A stretch of 58,559 nt of DNA from an uncultured Desulfobacteraceae bacterium (GCA_964596535.1 CAZQUR010000005.1:1-58559); one strand, 5' to 3'; positions 47,208-57,251 are shown, counted from the stretch's first letter. The notes: a model not told the origin generated them from the sequence alone. Made by a program: numbers and translations.

Positions 47208-49757
47208 ATGGACGAGACCAAGATTCAAGACATCCTTCCCTTTCTGGAGCAGCCCAGCCGGTATCTCGGAACGGAGACCCATCGTTTCCTAAAGGACCGC
47301 CGCCGGATTCGCCTGCATATGGCGCTGGCGTTTCCCGATCTTTACGAGATCGGAATGTCCCATTTCGGGATCCAGATTTTGTACCACATCCTCAACCAGG
47401 ATCCGCAGATTTTCGCCGAAAGGGTTTTCGCCCCGGGAGAAGACCTGGCCTGGCGGCTGACCGCCGAAGGAATACCGCTGACCACCCTCGAAAGCCGCAC
47501 CCCCCTGCACCGCCTGGATATCGTGGGGTTCAGCCTGCTTTATGAACTCAACTACACCAACGTCCTGTATATGCTGGATCTTGGAAAAATTCCTTTTCTT
47601 TCCGCGGATCGAAGCACCGATGATCCTTTGGTGATCGCCGGAGGTCCGTGCACCTGCAACCCCGAGCCCGTGGCGGATCTCTTTGACGCCATGGTCATCG
47701 GTGAAGCCGAAGGCGTGATCCAAGACATGGCCCGGGTTTGGTTGTCCTGGAAAGACGAAGGGGACGGCAGGCGGGAATCCCTTTTGAAGCAGTGGTCTCA
47801 CATCGAAGGCGTATACATCCCTTCCTTTTATCGACCGGTATACGACGCTGAGGGCTTTCAGCACCTGGAACCCCGAAACGACAGGGGCGTGAAAGCGGAA
47901 AAAATCGTCCGCCGGGCCGTGGTGCCCGACTTGACCGACGCCCCGTTCCCCCTAAATCCCGTGATGCCGTTCGGCAAACCCGTCCATGACCGGCTTCGGT
48001 TGGAAATCGCCCGGGGGTGTACCCGGGGGTGCCGTTTTTGCCAGGCCGGCATCCTCTACCGGCCGGTTCGGGAACGGTCTCCCGAGGGGCTCTTGGAAAT
48101 GGTCCAAAAGAGCCTTTCTTTCACGGGGTATGACAATGTGTCTTTGCTATCTTTGAGCACCGGAGACCACTCGGCCCTGGGGTATCTCATGGAACACATC
48201 ATGGATCGATGCGAAGGTAAAAAGGTGGCTCTTTCCCTGCCTTCCTTTCGGGCAGGCACCCTGACCCCGAAATTGATGCAGCAGATCCAGCGGGTGAGGA
48301 AAACCGGGTTTACCATCGCCCCGGAAGCCGGAAGCCAGCGATTGCGGGATGTCGTGAATAAAAACCTGTCCGAGACCGAAATCCTTGAAACGGTAAAAAA
48401 CGCCTTTTCATTGGGCTGGCAAGCCATCAAGCTCTATTTCATGGTGGGACTCCCCTTTGAAACCGACGCGGATCTCGAGGCGATCGTGAGGCTTGTTCAT
48501 AAAATGAACAAACACACCGGCGCAAAACACTCAAGGGGAAAGGGGAAGCGGGCGGTGCATGTGAGTGTGGCCACCTTCATTCCAAAACCGCATACCCCCT
48601 TCCAATGGGCGTCCCAGGCGTCTCTGGATGAGGCCCGGGAAAAGATCGATTTCCTGAAAAGGGCGCTGCGGGGTCCCCGAATCCAATTCAAGTGGCAGAA
48701 TCCGGAGGTCAGCCTCCTGGAGGGCCTGTGGGCCAGGGGAGACCGGCGCCTTTGCCGGCTTTTGATCCATGCCTATCAACAGGGGTGCCGTTTCGACGGA
48801 TGGACGGATCATTTTCGTTTCGACAGGTGGGAGGCCGCCGTTGCCCATACGGGCATCGACATCGATTTTTTCACCATCCGGCGCCGCAGCCTTTCGGAAC
48901 CGCTTCCATGGGATCCCTTTGACATGGGCGTGTCCCGGCGGTTTCTTGAGGAGGAATGGGAAAAGGCCGAAAAGGGCATTTCTACCCCCGACTGCCGCGG
49001 AGGTGAATGCCATGGATGCGGGGTCTGTGACTTTGAAACCCTTCAGCCGAGAATCCATCCGCGTGCGGCACTCGATGCGCCGATAGAAACACGCCCCCCA
49101 AGATCTGAAGAAAGGGTTTCCCTGCGGGCGTATCGGGTTATCTATTCAAAGACAGGACCGGCCCGGTATTTCGGTCACCTGGAAATGGTGAAGCTGATCC
49201 TCCAGGGCATCCGCCGGGCCGGCATTCCCATGGCCCATACCCAGGGATTTCATCCCAAGCCGAAAGTCGCCTTCGCAAATCCCCTCCCCGTGGGAATGGA
49301 AAGTGAAAAAGAAGCCTTTATCCTTTGGACGACCGAAACGCTGTCCCCCTCCCGACTCGCGGAGGCCCTGACTTTAAAGATGCCCGAGGGCATCAAGATC
49401 AGCGGATGCACGTCGGTATCTCCCGCGGCTGGAATGCCGGGGCCCCCGCGGATCCGTTACCGGATCATTTTGACCCGCGGTCATTTCGACGTGGCGGCGC
49501 TGGAAGCCTTTCAAAACGCCGAGAAATGGCCCTGGGAGGAAACGGATCGAAATGGTCGATTGAAAACCTATGAATTAAAGCATATGGTTCCCTCCACCGC
49601 ACGGGTCGCACCGCACATCCTCGACGTGACAATCGAAAACCGGTCCGGAAAAACACTGCGTCCCGATGTATGGATTCGTGCCGTCTTTCGATTCGACGAA
49701 GAAACAATCAAAAGGATACGGATCATAAAGCGCGATGACGGGAGCCAAGATGTTTAA
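47208..49757 (+). CDS. Large radical SAM protein (TIGR03960-like N-terminal part fused to a DUF2344/TIGR03936-like C-terminal part)
   Basis: 849 aa. Has ARGCTRGCRFCQAG (CxxxCxxC). The C-terminal third (YFGHLEMVKLILQGIRRAGIP...GFHPKPKV) matches the DUF2344 pattern. It overlaps the rng start by 8 nt. Confidence 0.75.
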   Translation: MDETKIQDILPFLEQPSRYLGTETHRFLKDRRRIRLHMALAFPDLYEIGMSHFGIQILYHILNQDPQIFAERVFAPGEDLAWRLTAEGIPLTTLESRTPLHRLDIVGFSLLYELNYTNVLYMLDLGKIPFLSADRSTDDPLVIAGGPCTCNPEPVADLFDAMVIGEAEGVIQDMARVWLSWKDEGDGRRESLLKQWSHIEGVYIPSFYRPVYDAEGFQHLEPRNDRGVKAEKIVRRAVVPDLTDAPFPLNPVMPFGKPVHDRLRLEIARGCTRGCRFCQAGILYRPVRERSPEGLLEMVQKSLSFTGYDNVSLLSLSTGDHSALGYLMEHIMDRCEGKKVALSLPSFRAGTLTPKLMQQIQRVRKTGFTIAPEAGSQRLRDVVNKNLSETEILETVKNAFSLGWQAIKLYFMVGLPFETDADLEAIVRLVHKMNKHTGAKHSRGKGKRAVHVSVATFIPKPHTPFQWASQASLDEAREKIDFLKRALRGPRIQFKWQNPEVSLLEGLWARGDRRLCRLLIHAYQQGCRFDGWTDHFRFDRWEAAVAHTGIDIDFFTIRRRSLSEPLPWDPFDMGVSRRFLEEEWEKAEKGISTPDCRGGECHGCGVCDFETLQPRIHPRAALDAPIETRPPRSEERVSLRAYRVIYSKTGPARYFGHLEMVKLILQGIRRAGIPMAHTQGFHPKPKVAFANPLPVGMESEKEAFILWTTETLSPSRLAEALTLKMPEGIKISGCTSVSPAAGMPGPPRIRYRIILTRGHFDVAALEAFQNAEKWPWEETDRNGRLKTYELKHMVPSTARVAPHILDVTIENRSGKTLRPDVWIRAVFRFDEETIKRIRIIKRDDGSQDV

Positions 49758-51273
49758 AAAACTGATCGTAAGCGTGGCTGACTTTGAAACCCGGGTGGCG
49801 CTCATGGAAGACGGGACAATCGCAGAGTTGTTCATCGAACGGTGCGAAAATGGAGAAATCGCGGGAAACGTCTATAAAGGAAGGGTCCAACGGGTTCTTC
49901 CGGGAATGCAGGCCGCGTTCGTGGACATTGGAATTGATCAGGCCGCGTTCATCTATGTCGACGATGTGGTGGGGGATTTCCACGCGGGGTTCGAGGCCTT
50001 TTACGCCTCCGACGTGGAACCGGAAAACCGGGACGCCGACGGTGTGGATCTTACGATACAAAAGGGGATGCACATCCAGGACCTGCTGAAGGAGGGACAG
50101 GAGGTCATGGTGCAGGCAGCCAAATCCCCCTTGGGGACCAAGGGAGCCCGGGTGACATCGCGCATCTCCCTCCCCGGCCGATTCCTGGTCCTCATGCCCC
50201 ATGCCTCCCATATCGGCGTTTCCAGGCGGATCGAAGACGAAGCGGAACGCACCCGGCTGAAAAATGTGTTGGAGACGATTCGGACCGACGATTACGGATA
50301 CATCCTGCGGACCGCCGCGGAGGATGCCGACGCGGAAAAAATCACCAATGAAATGGTGTTTTTAAAAAAACTCTGGGAGAATATTCAAAAAAAATTCAAA
50401 GCCACCGCCGCCCCTTCCCTCCTCCATCAGGAGTTGAACGTCATCCTGCGGGCCGTACGGGATCTCATGACCCATGAAGTGGAGCGGGTCGTGGTGGATG
50501 ACCCCCAGGCGTACGAATCGGTACTGTCGTTTTTGGAGATGTCGATGCCCGGATTGATCGGGGCCGTGGAACTCTATGAAGGGGAAGAGCCGATTTTCGA
50601 CGCCTACAATCTGGAAGGCGACATTTCCCGTGCCCTGAAACGAAAAGTGTGGCTGAAATCCGGCGGGTATATCGTCATTGAGCACACGGAGGCCCTGGTG
50701 GCCATCGACGTCAATACCGGCCGTTTCGTGGGAACGCACAACCCGGAAGAGACCATCTTAAAGACCAATTTGGAGGCGGTCAAAGAGATCGCATATCAGA
50801 TTCGACTACGGGACTTGGGCGGGATCATCATCGTTGATTTCATCGACATGGAAAAAAAAGCCCACCAGGACAAGGTCTTTCTGGCGTTTCAGGAGGCCCT
50901 GAAAAAGGACCGGAGCAAAACTCACACCCTTCCCATATCGGATCTGGGGCTGGTGCAGATGACGCGCAAACGGACCCGCAAGTCCCTCACCCATACCGTA
51001 TGTGAACCGTGTCTGTATTGCGACGGGGAAGGGTATTTGCTTTCCAGAACCTCCATCTGCTATACGATATTTCGGGAAATCCTCAAGGGGAATCGGGACC
51101 TTCCGGGGACACGGCTCATTCTCAAGGTCCATCCGGAAATCGCCGAAATGCTTCACGGACCCGAAAACCGTCTTATCCGGACCCTGGAAGAACGCTTGCA
51201 AAAAACCGTGGAGATTTATCCGGAACCGTTGTTTCACATGGAAAAATTCGACGTCATGGAAGTGACAAAATGA
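49750..51273 (+). CDS. rng: Ribonuclease G/E family (Rne/Rng)
   Basis: The ATG at 49750 follows GGAG. Has an S1 domain (GNVYKGRVQRVLPGMQAAFVDIG) and IVIEHTEALVAIDVNTG, GGIIIVDFIDM motifs. Confidence 0.85.
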   Translation: MFKKLIVSVADFETRVALMEDGTIAELFIERCENGEIAGNVYKGRVQRVLPGMQAAFVDIGIDQAAFIYVDDVVGDFHAGFEAFYASDVEPENRDADGVDLTIQKGMHIQDLLKEGQEVMVQAAKSPLGTKGARVTSRISLPGRFLVLMPHASHIGVSRRIEDEAERTRLKNVLETIRTDDYGYILRTAAEDADAEKITNEMVFLKKLWENIQKKFKATAAPSLLHQELNVILRAVRDLMTHEVERVVVDDPQAYESVLSFLEMSMPGLIGAVELYEGEEPIFDAYNLEGDISRALKRKVWLKSGGYIVIEHTEALVAIDVNTGRFVGTHNPEETILKTNLEAVKEIAYQIRLRDLGGIIIVDFIDMEKKAHQDKVFLAFQEALKKDRSKTHTLPISDLGLVQMTRKRTRKSLTHTVCEPCLYCDGEGYLLSRTSICYTIFREILKGNRDLPGTRLILKVHPEIAEMLHGPENRLIRTLEERLQKTVEIYPEPLFHMEKFDVMEVTK

Positions 51274-51324
51274 CGGGGAGTGCGTCCTTATTCAGAAACC
51301 TTTTTTCAAAACACGGATTGGCCC

Positions 51325-51354
51325 TTGACGATTTTAAAAAGAAATGGTTATATA
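51325..51354 (+). promoter_or_regulatory. Sigma70-like promoter candidate for rpmH-rnpA
   Basis: TTGACG (51325-51330), then a 17/18-nt spacer, then TTATAT/TATATA (51348-51354), about 45 nt upstream of rpmH. Confidence 0.5.
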
Positions 51355-51397
51355 AAAAGTTTAATCGTTTAAATCTTTTGCAACAAGGATGGCAATG

Positions 51398-51532
51398 ATG
51401 AAAAGAACCTATCAACCCAGCAGGATACGTCGGGCGAGAAACCACGGATTCCGGAGCCGCATGTCCACCCGGGCCGGACGCCGGATTATCAACCGTCGCC
51501 GGGCAAAGGGAAGGAAACGTCTCGCCTTGTAG
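51398..51532 (+). CDS. rpmH: 50S ribosomal protein L34
   Basis: Not in the ORF track (44 aa). Translated by hand: [44 protein letters not shown], with stop TAG at 51530-51532. AAGGA RBS. An extra in-frame ATG is at 51395. Confidence 0.92.
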   Translation: MKRTYQPSRIRRARNHGFRSRMSTRAGRRIINRRRAKGRKRLAL

Positions 51533-51548
51533 TCCTTTTGGATACGGT

Positions 51549-51911
51549 TTGCCGAAAGTGCGACAACATACGTTTTCCCGGGCCCGGGGGTCGCTGAAAC
51601 ACCGTGATTTCATGCGCCTCAAATCCGAGGGAAGGGCGGTACGGACCCCCCTGATCACGGTGATCATTGCACCCGGCACCACCGAGAACTCCCGCCTGGG
51701 GATCACCGCCGGAAAACACGTGGGAAACGCCTGTGAACGTAACCGGATCAAGCGTCTGGCGCGGGAATTTTTCCGGTTGCACCGGCATCTTTTCAAGGGA
51801 CACTGGGACATGAATATCATTGTAAAAAAAGAGGCGGCCGGATTGGAATCAAGAAGAATGCTTTCCGAATTCACTGCGGTGTTTCATCGACTCACAACAC
51901 AGGCGCTTTGA
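51549..51911 (+). CDS. rnpA: Ribonuclease P protein component
   Basis: 120 aa with a TTG start (or GTG 51558). Has [25 protein letters not shown] (RNR motif). It sits directly after rpmH. Confidence 0.85.
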   Translation: MPKVRQHTFSRARGSLKHRDFMRLKSEGRAVRTPLITVIIAPGTTENSRLGITAGKHVGNACERNRIKRLAREFFRLHRHLFKGHWDMNIIVKKEAAGLESRRMLSEFTAVFHRLTTQAL

Positions 51912-51918
51912 TGCCAAA

Positions 51919-52203
51919 TTGAAAACGATCCGTTTCGTTAAACACGTTCCCCTGTGGATCATCCGGGGGTACCAGTGGATTCTATCTCCCGTGCTGGGTC
52001 CTGCCTGCCGCTTTTACCCTTCCTGCTCGGATTATGCCCATGAAGCGATCCGGCGACACGGGGTTCTTGCCGGGTCGGTCTTGGCGGTGAAGCGGGTTTG
52101 CCGATGTCATCCCTGGCATCCCGGTGGCGTGGATCCCGTTCCCCACAGATCAAATCCAAAAAATACAGCAGGCGACGCCGTCAACCGGTTGATTCGCCAA
52201 TGA
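51919..52203 (+). CDS. yidD: Membrane protein insertion efficiency factor YidD
   Basis: Has [31 protein letters not shown]...RCHPWHPGG, the canonical YidD pattern; TTG start. Confidence 0.85.
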   Translation: MKTIRFVKHVPLWIIRGYQWILSPVLGPACRFYPSCSDYAHEAIRRHGVLAGSVLAVKRVCRCHPWHPGGVDPVPHRSNPKNTAGDAVNRLIRQ

Positions 52204-52224
52204 ACAACAAGTGAGGAATCCTTC

Positions 52225-53886
52225 ATGGAACAAGGCCGTGTCATCATCGCCATTGCCCTATCGTTTCTTGTTTTTCTGGTGTGGAACCTTTTCTTTGTGG
52301 AAACACACCCCCCCCAAAGCCCCGGTCAACCGGAGACGCAGGAAACGCGCCCGGAATCCACCTTCGCAACGGGTGTAAAACCGGAGATCAAAGAACCGGT
52401 TTCACAACAAGATGCCCGGACTGCCCCCCCCGTTCTGGAACGGCCCATGCGCACCATCATAGTGGAAACACCCCTTTACCGGGTGAAACTTTCCGAAAAA
52501 AACGGGGTGATCCGGGAATTCACGCTGAAGCATTACCGCAAAAGCGCTGAAAAGGATTCTCCACTGAAGACCCTCGTTTCCGAAGAAAATCCTTTCGGGG
52601 CGTTGCGCGTCGACCTTGAGAACAAATCCATGGCCGGACTCGAGGACGCCGGATTTTCAGCGGATGTCCCCCAGGATACGATCCGTGTGACCGATGCCGT
52701 GAAGCACATTACCTTTTCTTGGCGTTCCCCTAACGGAATGGTGATGGAAAAACGGTACACTTTTTCTCCGAAAAGCTACCTCATCGACCTTGGGGTGGGT
52801 GTGAAAAACGGAAGCGATGCCCCATGGACGGATCGTGTCGCCCTTTCCCTGTACCGCAAGCTCGATGAATCGGAACGCGGCGGATACGGCTTCACAGGCC
52901 CCAGCGCCATGGTCCAAAACAGCGTCGAAGAGGTGGAAATCAAGAAAATTCAAGAAAGCCCCCTTTTGCCGGGAAGCGTGAAATGGTGGGCCATCGAGGA
53001 CCGGTATTTCATGTCCGCGGCGGTTCCCCCCGCCAACGAAGAGGGACAGGCCCGGTTTTATGCCCGGGAAAACGGGATCATCCAGGCCCAGTTTGTCCAG
53101 CCTTCCGTGACATTGGGGCCCCGGGAGAAACAGCGCTTTGATTACCGCCTCTTTATCGGACCCAAAAACACGAACGTACTCAAAGAGACGGGCTATGAAC
53201 TGGATGAGGCCGTCAATTTCGGAATGTTTGATTTCATCGCCAAGCCGTGCGTGTGGTTGATGAACCAGATCTACCGGGTCATCCCCAATTACGGAGTGGC
53301 CATTATCGTCTTGACCCTGTTGACCAAGGTCCTTCTTTGGCCCTTGGGCAACAAGAGCTATAAATCCATGAGCGACATGAAGAAGCTCCAGCCCCTCATG
53401 GCGGAGATCCGGGAAAAGTATAAAAACGACAAGAAGAAGCAACAGCAAGAGATCATGAATCTGTATCGGACCTATAAAATCAACCCGTTGGGCGGATGCC
53501 TTCCCATGGTCGCCCAGATCCCGGTCTTCTTTGCATTGTACCGGATGCTCTATGAAGCCATCGAGCTGCGGCATGCCCCCTTTTTCGGATGGATATATGA
53601 CCTGAGTGCACCGGACCGCCTGTTTCGATTCGACTTTTCTGTTCCCTTCATGCAACCCCCTTACGGGATTCCGGTCTTGACACTTGTTATGGGCGCAAGC
53701 ATGCTGCTCCAGCAAAAAATGTCGCCGCCGCCGGGAGATCCGAGTCAAGCCAAGATGATGATGCTCATGCCCCTGGTCTTCACCGTTATTTTTATCAATT
53801 TTTCCTCCGGGCTCGTTTTGTACTGGCTGGTCAACAACCTGTTTTCCATCGGACAGCAGTACTACGTGACCAAGAAGTCCGCCTGA
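52225..53886 (+). CDS. yidC: Membrane protein insertase YidC
   Basis: 553 aa. Has an N-terminal TM, a periplasmic P1 domain and a C-terminal 60-kDa insertase core (GCLPMVAQIPVFFALY..., LYWLVNNLFSIGQQ). Confidence 0.9.
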   Translation: MEQGRVIIAIALSFLVFLVWNLFFVETHPPQSPGQPETQETRPESTFATGVKPEIKEPVSQQDARTAPPVLERPMRTIIVETPLYRVKLSEKNGVIREFTLKHYRKSAEKDSPLKTLVSEENPFGALRVDLENKSMAGLEDAGFSADVPQDTIRVTDAVKHITFSWRSPNGMVMEKRYTFSPKSYLIDLGVGVKNGSDAPWTDRVALSLYRKLDESERGGYGFTGPSAMVQNSVEEVEIKKIQESPLLPGSVKWWAIEDRYFMSAAVPPANEEGQARFYARENGIIQAQFVQPSVTLGPREKQRFDYRLFIGPKNTNVLKETGYELDEAVNFGMFDFIAKPCVWLMNQIYRVIPNYGVAIIVLTLLTKVLLWPLGNKSYKSMSDMKKLQPLMAEIREKYKNDKKKQQQEIMNLYRTYKINPLGGCLPMVAQIPVFFALYRMLYEAIELRHAPFFGWIYDLSAPDRLFRFDFSVPFMQPPYGIPVLTLVMGASMLLQQKMSPPPGDPSQAKMMMLMPLVFTVIFINFSSGLVLYWLVNNLFSIGQQYYVTKKSA

Positions 53887-53899
53887 CAACGGAGGCTGT

Positions 53900-54691
53900 A
53901 TGCCACAACTTTTGGAATTTGAAGGAAAAAATGTCGATCAGGCCGTTGAAAAGGCCTGCAGGGTGGTGAACGTCCCCAAAGGAAAACTCAAATATGACGT
54001 CATTAGTTACGGATCCACCGGTATTTTCGGTTTGGTGGGATCCAAGAAAGCCCGCATCCGAGTAACGCTGGTGCGATCCATGGAACCCGGGGAAGCCAAG
54101 GTGGAACCCAAAGACCCGGACGTCGAAGGAGACGCGCTGCCGGAGACATCCCCGGAGAACGCACGGGAAGCGGAAGAGAAAGAAACCCGCGAACAAGCCC
54201 GGGAACCGACCGGCGATGCCCTCCTTGCCGCGGAGGGGGAAGAAGCCCTCCGCCACATCGTCAACAGCATTACCACGGATGCACAAATCGTCGTGAAAAC
54301 AAGCCCGGAGGGGCTCTTTTATCATGTTAAGGGGGGAAACAGTGCGCTTTTGATCGGAAAAAGAGGCCAGACCCTGGATGCCATCCAGTATCTTTTGGAA
54401 AAAATTGTCCAGCGAAAAAGTGAACAGCGGATCCGCGTACGCGTGGACGTGGAAGGCTATCAGCAAAACCGGCGCGTCAGCCTCCAGCGATTGGCCGAAA
54501 AGATCTCTATAAAAGTCAAGAAAACGGGAAAGCCGGTGACCATGGGAGACCTGAACGCCTCGGACCGGCGGATCGTTCATCTCGCCCTGAAAAACGACCA
54601 GGAAGTACGCACCCACAGCAAAGGAGGGGGCGCGCTCAAGAAGCTGTTCATCTATCCGCGAAAACGACCGCCTTCCGATCCGAAATCCTGA
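53900..54691 (+). CDS. jag: Jag/KhpB RNA-binding protein (Jag_N, KH, R3H)
   Basis: 263 aa; GGAGG RBS. Has an N-terminal Jag_N pattern (EGKNVDQAVEKA), an acidic linker, and KH-like IGKRGQTLDAIQYL followed by an R3H-like C-terminus. Confidence 0.8.
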   Translation: MPQLLEFEGKNVDQAVEKACRVVNVPKGKLKYDVISYGSTGIFGLVGSKKARIRVTLVRSMEPGEAKVEPKDPDVEGDALPETSPENAREAEEKETREQAREPTGDALLAAEGEEALRHIVNSITTDAQIVVKTSPEGLFYHVKGGNSALLIGKRGQTLDAIQYLLEKIVQRKSEQRIRVRVDVEGYQQNRRVSLQRLAEKISIKVKKTGKPVTMGDLNASDRRIVHLALKNDQEVRTHSKGGGALKKLFIYPRKRPPSDPKS

Positions 54692-54704
54692 GCGGACAAA
54701 CCCC

Positions 54705-56084
54705 ATGAATTCTGACACCATTGCCGCCGTCGCCACCCCCTACGGCCGCGGCGGGATCGGAATTCTCCGGATGTCGGGAAACGCGGTATTGGATATCGCC
54801 ACAACCCTGTTTCATCCCCCTTCCGGAAAAAGCACCGGTTCCTACGAAAGCCACCGTTTTTACTACGGCCGGATCCGGGATCCAGGATCCGGCCGGATCC
54901 TGGATGAAGTGATGATGGTCTACATGCAAGGCCCCAGGTCCTATACCCGGGAGGATGTGGTGGAAATCCACACCCACAGCGGACCGGCCGTCCTGCGAGC
55001 GATATTTGAACTGGTCCTTGCCCGGGGTGCCCGTCCCGCGGATCCCGGGGAATTCACGCGGCGCGCCTTTTTCAACGGCCGCATCGATCTCAGCCAGGCC
55101 GAGGCCGTCATGGAGATCGTGAGCGCGGAAAGCCGTGCCTCCCTCGAGATCGCCGCCGCCCAGATCCACGGCGGGCTGAGGAAAAGAATCGAGGCGTGCC
55201 GCGCCGTTTTGCTGGATCTGTCGGCCGAGATGACGGCCGCCATCGATTTTCCGGAAGAGTCGGAGGCCTTGATCGACCCGGGAACGGCGGTGGAGCGGAT
55301 ACACCAGCACGTCCTTTCCCCGCTGGAATCCCTGTTGACCCAATACGAACAGGGCCGGATTTTTCGGGAAGGGATCCGAGTGGTGGTGGCGGGCCTGCCG
55401 AATGTGGGAAAATCGAGCCTGATGAATTGTCTCCTTGATCGGGAGCGGGCCATTGTCACGCCGCATCCGGGAACGACCCGGGATTTTCTCGAAGAACCCC
55501 TGGACCTTTTCGGAGTACACGCCACGATTGTGGACACGGCCGGACTCCAGGAAACCCGGGATCCGGTGGAACAAATCGGCATTCAACGCACCCGGGAAAA
55601 GATAGAAGAAGCCGGCCTGTTGCTCTTCATGGTGGATGCCGCTTGTCCGGAAACCCTCCAACGGGAAAGGATGCCGGTTTTCGAGAATCCGACGCTTTTG
55701 GTGATCAACAAAATGGACCGGGTGGATCCCGAATGGCGCCCGGGAATCCCGGAAGCCTGGAAGAAGGTTCCGGTGGCGTTCATTTCCGCATTGCATCGAT
55801 GGGGGATCGATGTCTTAAAGGAAAAAATGGTTCAACAGGTTTTGGGGGAAACCGCCTTCCGCCTGGAAGATCCCCTCGTTCCCAATTTACGGCAGAAAGA
55901 AGCCTTGGGGCGGGCGTTGGAAAGCGCGCGGGCCGCCTCCGACGGCTTTTCTTTGGGCCGATCGCCGGAACTGGTTTGCATGGACGTTAACGATGCCATG
56001 GACGCGCTGAACGAGATCCTGGGGGAAACCCTTCGCCCGGATGTATTGGATGCTGTTTTCAGCCGTTTTTGCATCGGAAAATGA
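54705..56084 (+). CDS. mnmE: tRNA modification GTPase MnmE
   Basis: 459 aa. Has TIAAVATPYGRGGIGILRMSG, G-domain GLPNVGKSSLMN / DTAG / NKMD, and a C-terminal FCIGK. Confidence 0.9.
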   Translation: MNSDTIAAVATPYGRGGIGILRMSGNAVLDIATTLFHPPSGKSTGSYESHRFYYGRIRDPGSGRILDEVMMVYMQGPRSYTREDVVEIHTHSGPAVLRAIFELVLARGARPADPGEFTRRAFFNGRIDLSQAEAVMEIVSAESRASLEIAAAQIHGGLRKRIEACRAVLLDLSAEMTAAIDFPEESEALIDPGTAVERIHQHVLSPLESLLTQYEQGRIFREGIRVVVAGLPNVGKSSLMNCLLDRERAIVTPHPGTTRDFLEEPLDLFGVHATIVDTAGLQETRDPVEQIGIQRTREKIEEAGLLLFMVDAACPETLQRERMPVFENPTLLVINKMDRVDPEWRPGIPEAWKKVPVAFISALHRWGIDVLKEKMVQQVLGETAFRLEDPLVPNLRQKEALGRALESARAASDGFSLGRSPELVCMDVNDAMDALNEILGETLRPDVLDAVFSRFCIGK

Positions 56085-56150
56085 GGATGGATTATGTTAT
56101 GGGGCGCCATCTCTTGGATCTTGGGTTTAAAAATGATGGTGACCCCGCCG

Positions 56151-56174
56151 CAAATGTTCCACGTGGAACATTTG
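56151..56174. promoter_or_regulatory. Perfect 24-bp palindrome CAAATGTTCCACGTGGAACATTTG
   Basis: Verified base by base as its own reverse complement. It lies in the mnmE/YkgJ-like intergenic region, 7 nt before ATG 56181 and 46 nt before ATG 56220. No U-tract follows. Confidence 0.6.
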
Positions 56175-56219
56175 GGAAAAATGCTCGACGGAAAACGCCG
56201 TCGGAGGGGAGACAACCGA

Positions 56220-56906
56220 ATGGATTTTGATTTTTCACCGTTTTTCAACAAATATGAAGCCTTGCTGGCCGTCGTGGACGCCACCTTCGATCGCATCAAG
56301 AAAGAATATCCGCACGGGGTGACCTGCACCCTCAAGTGCGCCGACTGTTGCCATGCGATTTTCGATCTCTCCCTGGTGGAGGCGCTTTATATCAACCATC
56401 AATTCAACCGACGGTTCCAGGGCAAAGCGCGGGAGCGGATTCTGGAAAAAGCGAACCGGGCCGATCGAAAAGCGTTTCAGATCAAAAAAAAGGCGGCCAA
56501 CGATCGGGAAGCGGGGAAGTCGGAGACGGAAATCCTCGTGGAATTGGCCGCCGAACGCATCCGCTGCCCCCTGTTGAACGAAAAAGAGACCTGTGATCTG
56601 TATCCCTTCCGGCCCGTCACCTGCCGGCTGTACGGACTCCCCACGGCCATCGGCGGAATAAGCCACACCTGCGGCCGTTCCGGGTTTTATGAAGGAAAGG
56701 CGTATCCCACGGTCAATCTGGAAACGGTGCAACGGAAACTCTTCGCCCTGTCGGCGGAAATCGTCCAAGCCCTCCAGACCCGGTATCCCAAACTCCATGA
56801 AATGCTGGTTCCCCTCTCCATGGCGCTTCTGACGGATTATGATGCCCAATATCTCGGGGTGGGCACCGATCCATCGGAGGAAAACAAAGAAGGACGGAAA
56901 GGATGA
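56220..56906 (+). CDS. YkgJ-family cysteine-cluster protein (second copy in window)
   Basis: Has CTLKCADCCHA ... CPLLNEKETCDLYPFRPVTCRLYG. The start is uncertain: ATG 56220 or ATG 56181. The track ORF begins at 56094. Confidence 0.6.
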   Translation: MDFDFSPFFNKYEALLAVVDATFDRIKKEYPHGVTCTLKCADCCHAIFDLSLVEALYINHQFNRRFQGKARERILEKANRADRKAFQIKKKAANDREAGKSETEILVELAAERIRCPLLNEKETCDLYPFRPVTCRLYGLPTAIGGISHTCGRSGFYEGKAYPTVNLETVQRKLFALSAEIVQALQTRYPKLHEMLVPLSMALLTDYDAQYLGVGTDPSEENKEGRKG

Positions 56907-57247
56907 GTCGAGAATCGGAGGACGCCCAAAGACGAAAACGGAGCATTTTCGACAGCATGTCGGAAAAGCGCCGCCAGCACATCCTTAAAAGGGGCTACGA
57001 GAAGTGGGATCCCTTTGAAGAACCCAAGGACCCCATCGACATTCGAAGAGACCGAACCCGCCGCACAACGGCCATGCTGGTCAAGGAGTTTCTGCAGACC
57101 CGGTCTCCCGAGACCTATTCCAACGCCTATGGGCAGGGCGTACTGGATATGGCCATGGGCATCGTCAACGGAGATGATCGATACCTGGGCATGTACGAAT
57201 TCTCCCTGTGGTACCGGGCGCTTTTGGAAAAAGAAACACGCCGGTAA
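56903..57247 (+). CDS. Hypothetical protein (charged, helical)
   Basis: 114 aa. It has an ATGA overlap with the preceding stop, fills the gap before prmA exactly, and shows coding-like composition. I recognise no motif. Confidence 0.45.
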   Translation: MSRESEDAQRRKRSIFDSMSEKRRQHILKRGYEKWDPFEEPKDPIDIRRDRTRRTTAMLVKEFLQTRSPETYSNAYGQGVLDMAMGIVNGDDRYLGMYEFSLWYRALLEKETRR

Positions 57248-57251
57248 CCGA

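Noticed and set aside
51254-51874. 206-aa minus-strand ORF across the rpmH/rnpA region
   Set aside because: It lies antisense to the unmistakable L34 and RnpA coding sequences and has no motifs. The real feature missed by the track is the 44-aa rpmH on the plus strand.
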